64,000 nt of DNA from the human T2T-CHM13v2.0 reference genome, Homo sapiens: assembly GCF_009914755.1 (NCBI RefSeq), contig NC_060937.1; one strand, 5' to 3'. Position numbers and translations under genes: made by a program. A model generated the notes under the pieces. That model was not told where the DNA came from and made no database searches. It worked only from the letters and a program-made list of their open reading frames with translations. Numbering within the stretch: the stretch's first letter is position 1; every line of letters begins with the position of its first letter. Of the stretch, positions 59,846 through 64,000 are shown piece after piece.

Positions 59846-62109
59846 TCCTCAGATGCATATGAATTGGTGAGAGAGTATATATCAGCATTCTTGCACTGCC
59901 ATCTCAGTTCTCTCCTTCAGGCTCAAGAGGCTACAACACAGCCTCCTATAAACTATGCTTCCCAAAATAATCTTATTTGGGTGAAAATTGCCTTCCCTAT
60001 AGGTCTACTCAACAGCAGCTGAAAGTTGAGAGTTAAGCAGAATATCGTGACTCCTAAGTGATGTCAAGTGGGTTGAGGATAAGGCAGGATGTCCAAAGAA
60101 TGTTTAAGTCATCCAAACATTAACAATCAGCAAGTATTAATGGAGCACTTACCTTGTTTCAGGTGCTGTGGTAGGCAGAGTGTACTGAGAGGTCCAGAAG
60201 GCATGGATCCTCACTACAAAAATATCAGAATAAGAGACAAAGGAACATAGGCAAATGAGAAATTTGTAGGGAGCTGTGTGTAGCAAAAATATTTGCACAG
60301 TTTACTCCAAAGAGTAAGTAAGAAACTATGTCTCAATGATGCAGTGGGTAGTTAGTTGGTGCACAGGCTTGGGAAGAACCTAGATATCCTGATGCCTGAA
60401 CTAATTTTGCAAAGATACAGATATTTTCAAGGTGGACATGTGTAGAACATCATTCTATGCAGATGGAACTGTGGTGGACATGTTTGAGGTGGCTATAGCT
60501 TCAATTAAAAGAAATAAGCACTTTGGAGAAACAAACCAGGAATGGATTGTGAGTCTTGACTTTGATAATGGATCCTCTTGCTACATCATTAGCTGACCTC
60601 CAGACCTGGTTCATTGTGCCTCCATTTAAGAGAACGTGGTTAAATAGGCAAAGCCAAATTTCTTGTGGATTTAATAAAATAAGAAGTCAAAGAAAAATAG
60701 CAGTAACTACCTTTTCTCATTGCCACTGTCTGGTGCCTATTTCTTGTTGTAGATTCTTATTCAACATTTCCTATATTAAAATGGCAATACAATACAATAT
60801 TTACAGCCACATATCACTTATTTAGTACCAAAGGGATGCAATGCATTTTGTCACTAACATCACCTGAAGACATTTTTCCCATTGGTCACTATTAGAAGGG
60901 GGTATAAAATTCATCCTTATTGGAAAAAGGAAAATAGATCACAATAAATTGCAAACACATCAGGGAGTTTACTCCTAAGCAGCAGGAGAGAATCAAAGAA
61001 AGTTTTCATGTAGAAGGAAGGCAGCAGAATGAAAGAATCACTCTGTGGGAGATGACAAACCATAAAAATATCAGAGGTGTTGCATAAGATTTGGAAATGG
61101 TCAGCTATGTCAACCCATTGTGAATTCTATAGATAGCTCAAGTTTTGTGCAGATGTTATCCAGAATAATTTGATCAGGTCCTGTCTTGTTTAGAGAATAA
61201 TAAAATGGTGCCTTTGTCAGCATGTGCAAGTGATATAACAACAGTTTATTTTTATTCCTTGAGAATTGGAAATTGTCTTTATCTCTGAATAAAAAGAAGC
61301 CCAGAGATTCAGCCCACTTTCAGGTCTTTGGAATATATACAAAGTAAGGTAGAAAAAAAGAAGCTTTAAATTGAAATCTATTTAAAATATTGGGAATATC
61401 ATATGTTATTTATAGGACTGTTGGTAACTGTTACTTTGCTTTCTGAACACATTGTTTTCAGCAAATGCGTTAAAGCAAAGGGCTACTACTACTAAGGGCT
61501 AGAGAAAGTGGAATGGGAGAACTGGCCTTTAAGTTGCTAATAATTTTTCCAAATAGAGAAAATGTATATATACACCCCGAATAAAGAACAACACAGAAAT
61601 ATAAGTGCCAAACTATGTAATACAGACTATAAATAATATATAGGGTCAAAGAGAGGAATGATCTTTGTGGGCCATAGATAATGGGGAAGAGGAAAGAACT
61701 GAATTGAACCATTAGTATTTATTTTCTTTTTTCACTTTGAGAGTGGATAAATTGCTGCTAACATACATTAATTACATATTACAATTCAAATTCTACCCTA
61801 TAACAAAAAATCTACAACTACCCTTTAAAACAATTTATTTTAAATAATATTAATTATAATGTAAATGCATTTGTTGTCTACCACTTAACAGTTTGACTGA
61901 TTAGTTGCTATTGATATTTTTCAGTGCTGAAAGTGCTTCTTATTCACAAATCTTTATTCGTACAATTAAATCTTTTTTGAGGTGGTCAAATTAATCCCAA
62001 TTACTATCTGTTGTTTTGTTAATAACATAATATTTCTACACTGTCATTATATTATTAATTGAGCTTGTATAAATAAATAATGGCCAATGGATTATGGTTA
62101 TATGTGGGG

Positions 62110-62770
62110 TCTATTAGTTATGAAATTTTAGTTTGCCATTTTAGGTCCCATACATAATTTGGCATCAACACTTTATTAATGCAAACAAGTAGAAAATTTG
62201 AAACTTATCTCCAATGGAAGATGGAAGACTGGATGAGATCACCAAGGAAATGAGTGCATGTAGGGAAGAGTAGAGATCCAAGAACTCCAGCTTCAGAAAT
62301 CTCAAAGAAATGGACAAATCAGCAAAGACGATTGAGGAAAAGAACCAATGAGACAGAAAGAACACCATGAAAACATGATGTTCTAGAATTCAAGTTTAAA
62401 AACCTGTAGCACGGAGGAGGGAAGGAGGAGAAGCAAGTAACAGTTTGCAAAAGAGTATGAGAATGAGAATGGCCTGTCAAATTAGCCATGCAGAGCTCAT
62501 TGGTGGTATCGACTAGCAGTTTTATTGGAGTAGTGGGGGTGAAAGTCTAAGTGGTTTTAGGGAAGAATAGGAGGAGAGTCACTGTGGGCAGCAAATGTAA
62601 ACAAGACTTTTGAGGAATTTTGTTATAAAAAGGGAAGGGAGACATTGAAGCTAACTTCAAAGTAGAATAAAGGGAAAGAGGATTATTATCTAATACTATT
62701 AATAGTAATGATTATTATTATGTTAAGATGAAAGAAATGAGAATTTGTATTGTGCTAATGGGAGTCAACG
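62110..62770 (-). mobile_element. L2
   Basis: gactggatgagatcaccaagg...cagcaaagacgattgagg...agcagttttattggagtagtggggg. Confidence 0.65.
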
Positions 62771-63624
62771 CAGAGAAAAATTTCTAATGAACACTTCATT
62801 AACTTAGGTCATCTCTTTAACATCTCTGTGGGGTCTATACTATTATATCTTCAATTTAATAGAAGCAGTAACATTACCCAGCTAGCATGTGGGCAATCTG
62901 GTATTTTATTCTTGGCATTATTGTCCAGTCTTAGGTCTTAAGCACTTTCTCTTAAACAGTATCTATCTTTTAAAAATGCACAAACATGTACTTATACCAG
63001 CTAAATTATAATGTATCCACGTACCATTTTCTTTAGGGAATTTCTTAGTGATGTGTCTAATTGTTCTTTCATTTTCATGTATTTTACTGAAAAATAAACT
63101 ATTCAGTGTTATATTGGTTAATATAAGTTCTCATCAATTTCTGAAATGAATATAACTGCTTTATTACCAAGAAATGATTTTATAATCTGTAAATATTCAT
63201 TTGACAGGTTTTTACCTTCAATTGGCTTAAAGTAAAAGAAAGGAATATTTGGGTTTAAACTGAGAAAAAAGTTGGGTGATTTTTGTCCTAATTTACAGAT
63301 AAAGATTTCTCTTGTAGTAGTTCTATCTTGTAGTAGTTACCATTGTCTATCATTTTGACCAAGAGAAAGATAGCACGTATAATTACGCATCAGTAGTTTT
63401 CCCTTTGTACATATCTTTTTTGGGGAGAGCGGGGAGCACAATTCAAGTCTTAACAACCATAAGCATTTTATGTGCATTTTGATTTCTGTGAGCTACATTG
63501 GGAACTGTAGAAGGCATCTATAGAGTTCAGTAGCCTCATGACTGACTGACTCATGCCCTCCCACTCAGTCTCTTGACCACCCTGGAAATATATGAACTTG
63601 AAGAAAATGCTACAACAGCTAATG

Positions 63625-64000
63625 AATCAGTGGGTTCCCACTCATCTTAGAATAAACAAAAGTCCCCTTAACATGGTCACAAGGATCTCAACGGTCCCAT
63701 CTCAGCCACAATACTGGGACCTTCTGTGCCAGCACATCTGGCTGTATTTTATTTCTTTACATTCTCGGCCTTCCTACTTCCTCTCACCTTATGGTGTTAG
63801 CTTGTGTCATTTGTCCTCCTTCTTCCTTCCCATCAACTCTTAGCAGACATTTACTCATTCTTTAGACACTAGTACCAGCATTGTCTTCTCATGGAGTCAT
63901 CTTGGGCCACCCTAAATCAAATTCTTTCTTCAGAGGTTCTTAAGCAAAAATTCACCTCTTTGTCTTAATTATATCACATTGCAGTTTTGTGCTTGGTGTG
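63625..64000 (+). mobile_element. L2 fragment
   Basis: Pyrimidine-rich L2-like sequence: ttcccactcatcttagaataaa...ggccttcct...ttactcattctttagac. Confidence 0.5.

Overview
Primate (very probably human) AT-rich genomic DNA from inside a very large gene. The only credible coding sequence is one 392-nt internal exon (33931-34322, +) of glypican-6 (GPC6, very likely exon 3), with canonical splice sites. The rest is intron, filled with Alu (J, S and Y types), L1 (one young 5'-inverted L1PA2/L1HS-like copy, plus L1PA7-like, L1PB-like and old L1M fragments), L2, CR1/L3, MIR, hAT-Charlie elements and microsatellites. There are no prokaryotic features, CRISPR arrays, tRNA or rRNA genes. The most unusual structure is at 42982-44962. 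There a Charlie DNA transposon is split by an 18-bp-TSD-flanked, poly(A)-less, internally primed and twin-primed L1 fragment. That L1 itself carries a patchwork of short templated repeats and a 192-bp copy of neighbouring genomic DNA. Other points of interest are a TSD-flanked solo poly(A) just after the GPC6 donor, oppositely oriented Alus bracketing the exon (circRNA geometry), a dense AP-1/RUNX/AP-1/MEF2 motif cluster, a putative antisense terminal exon, and several re-used retrotransposon target sites. Repeat subfamily names come from recalled diagnostic positions, not from a RepeatMasker run.
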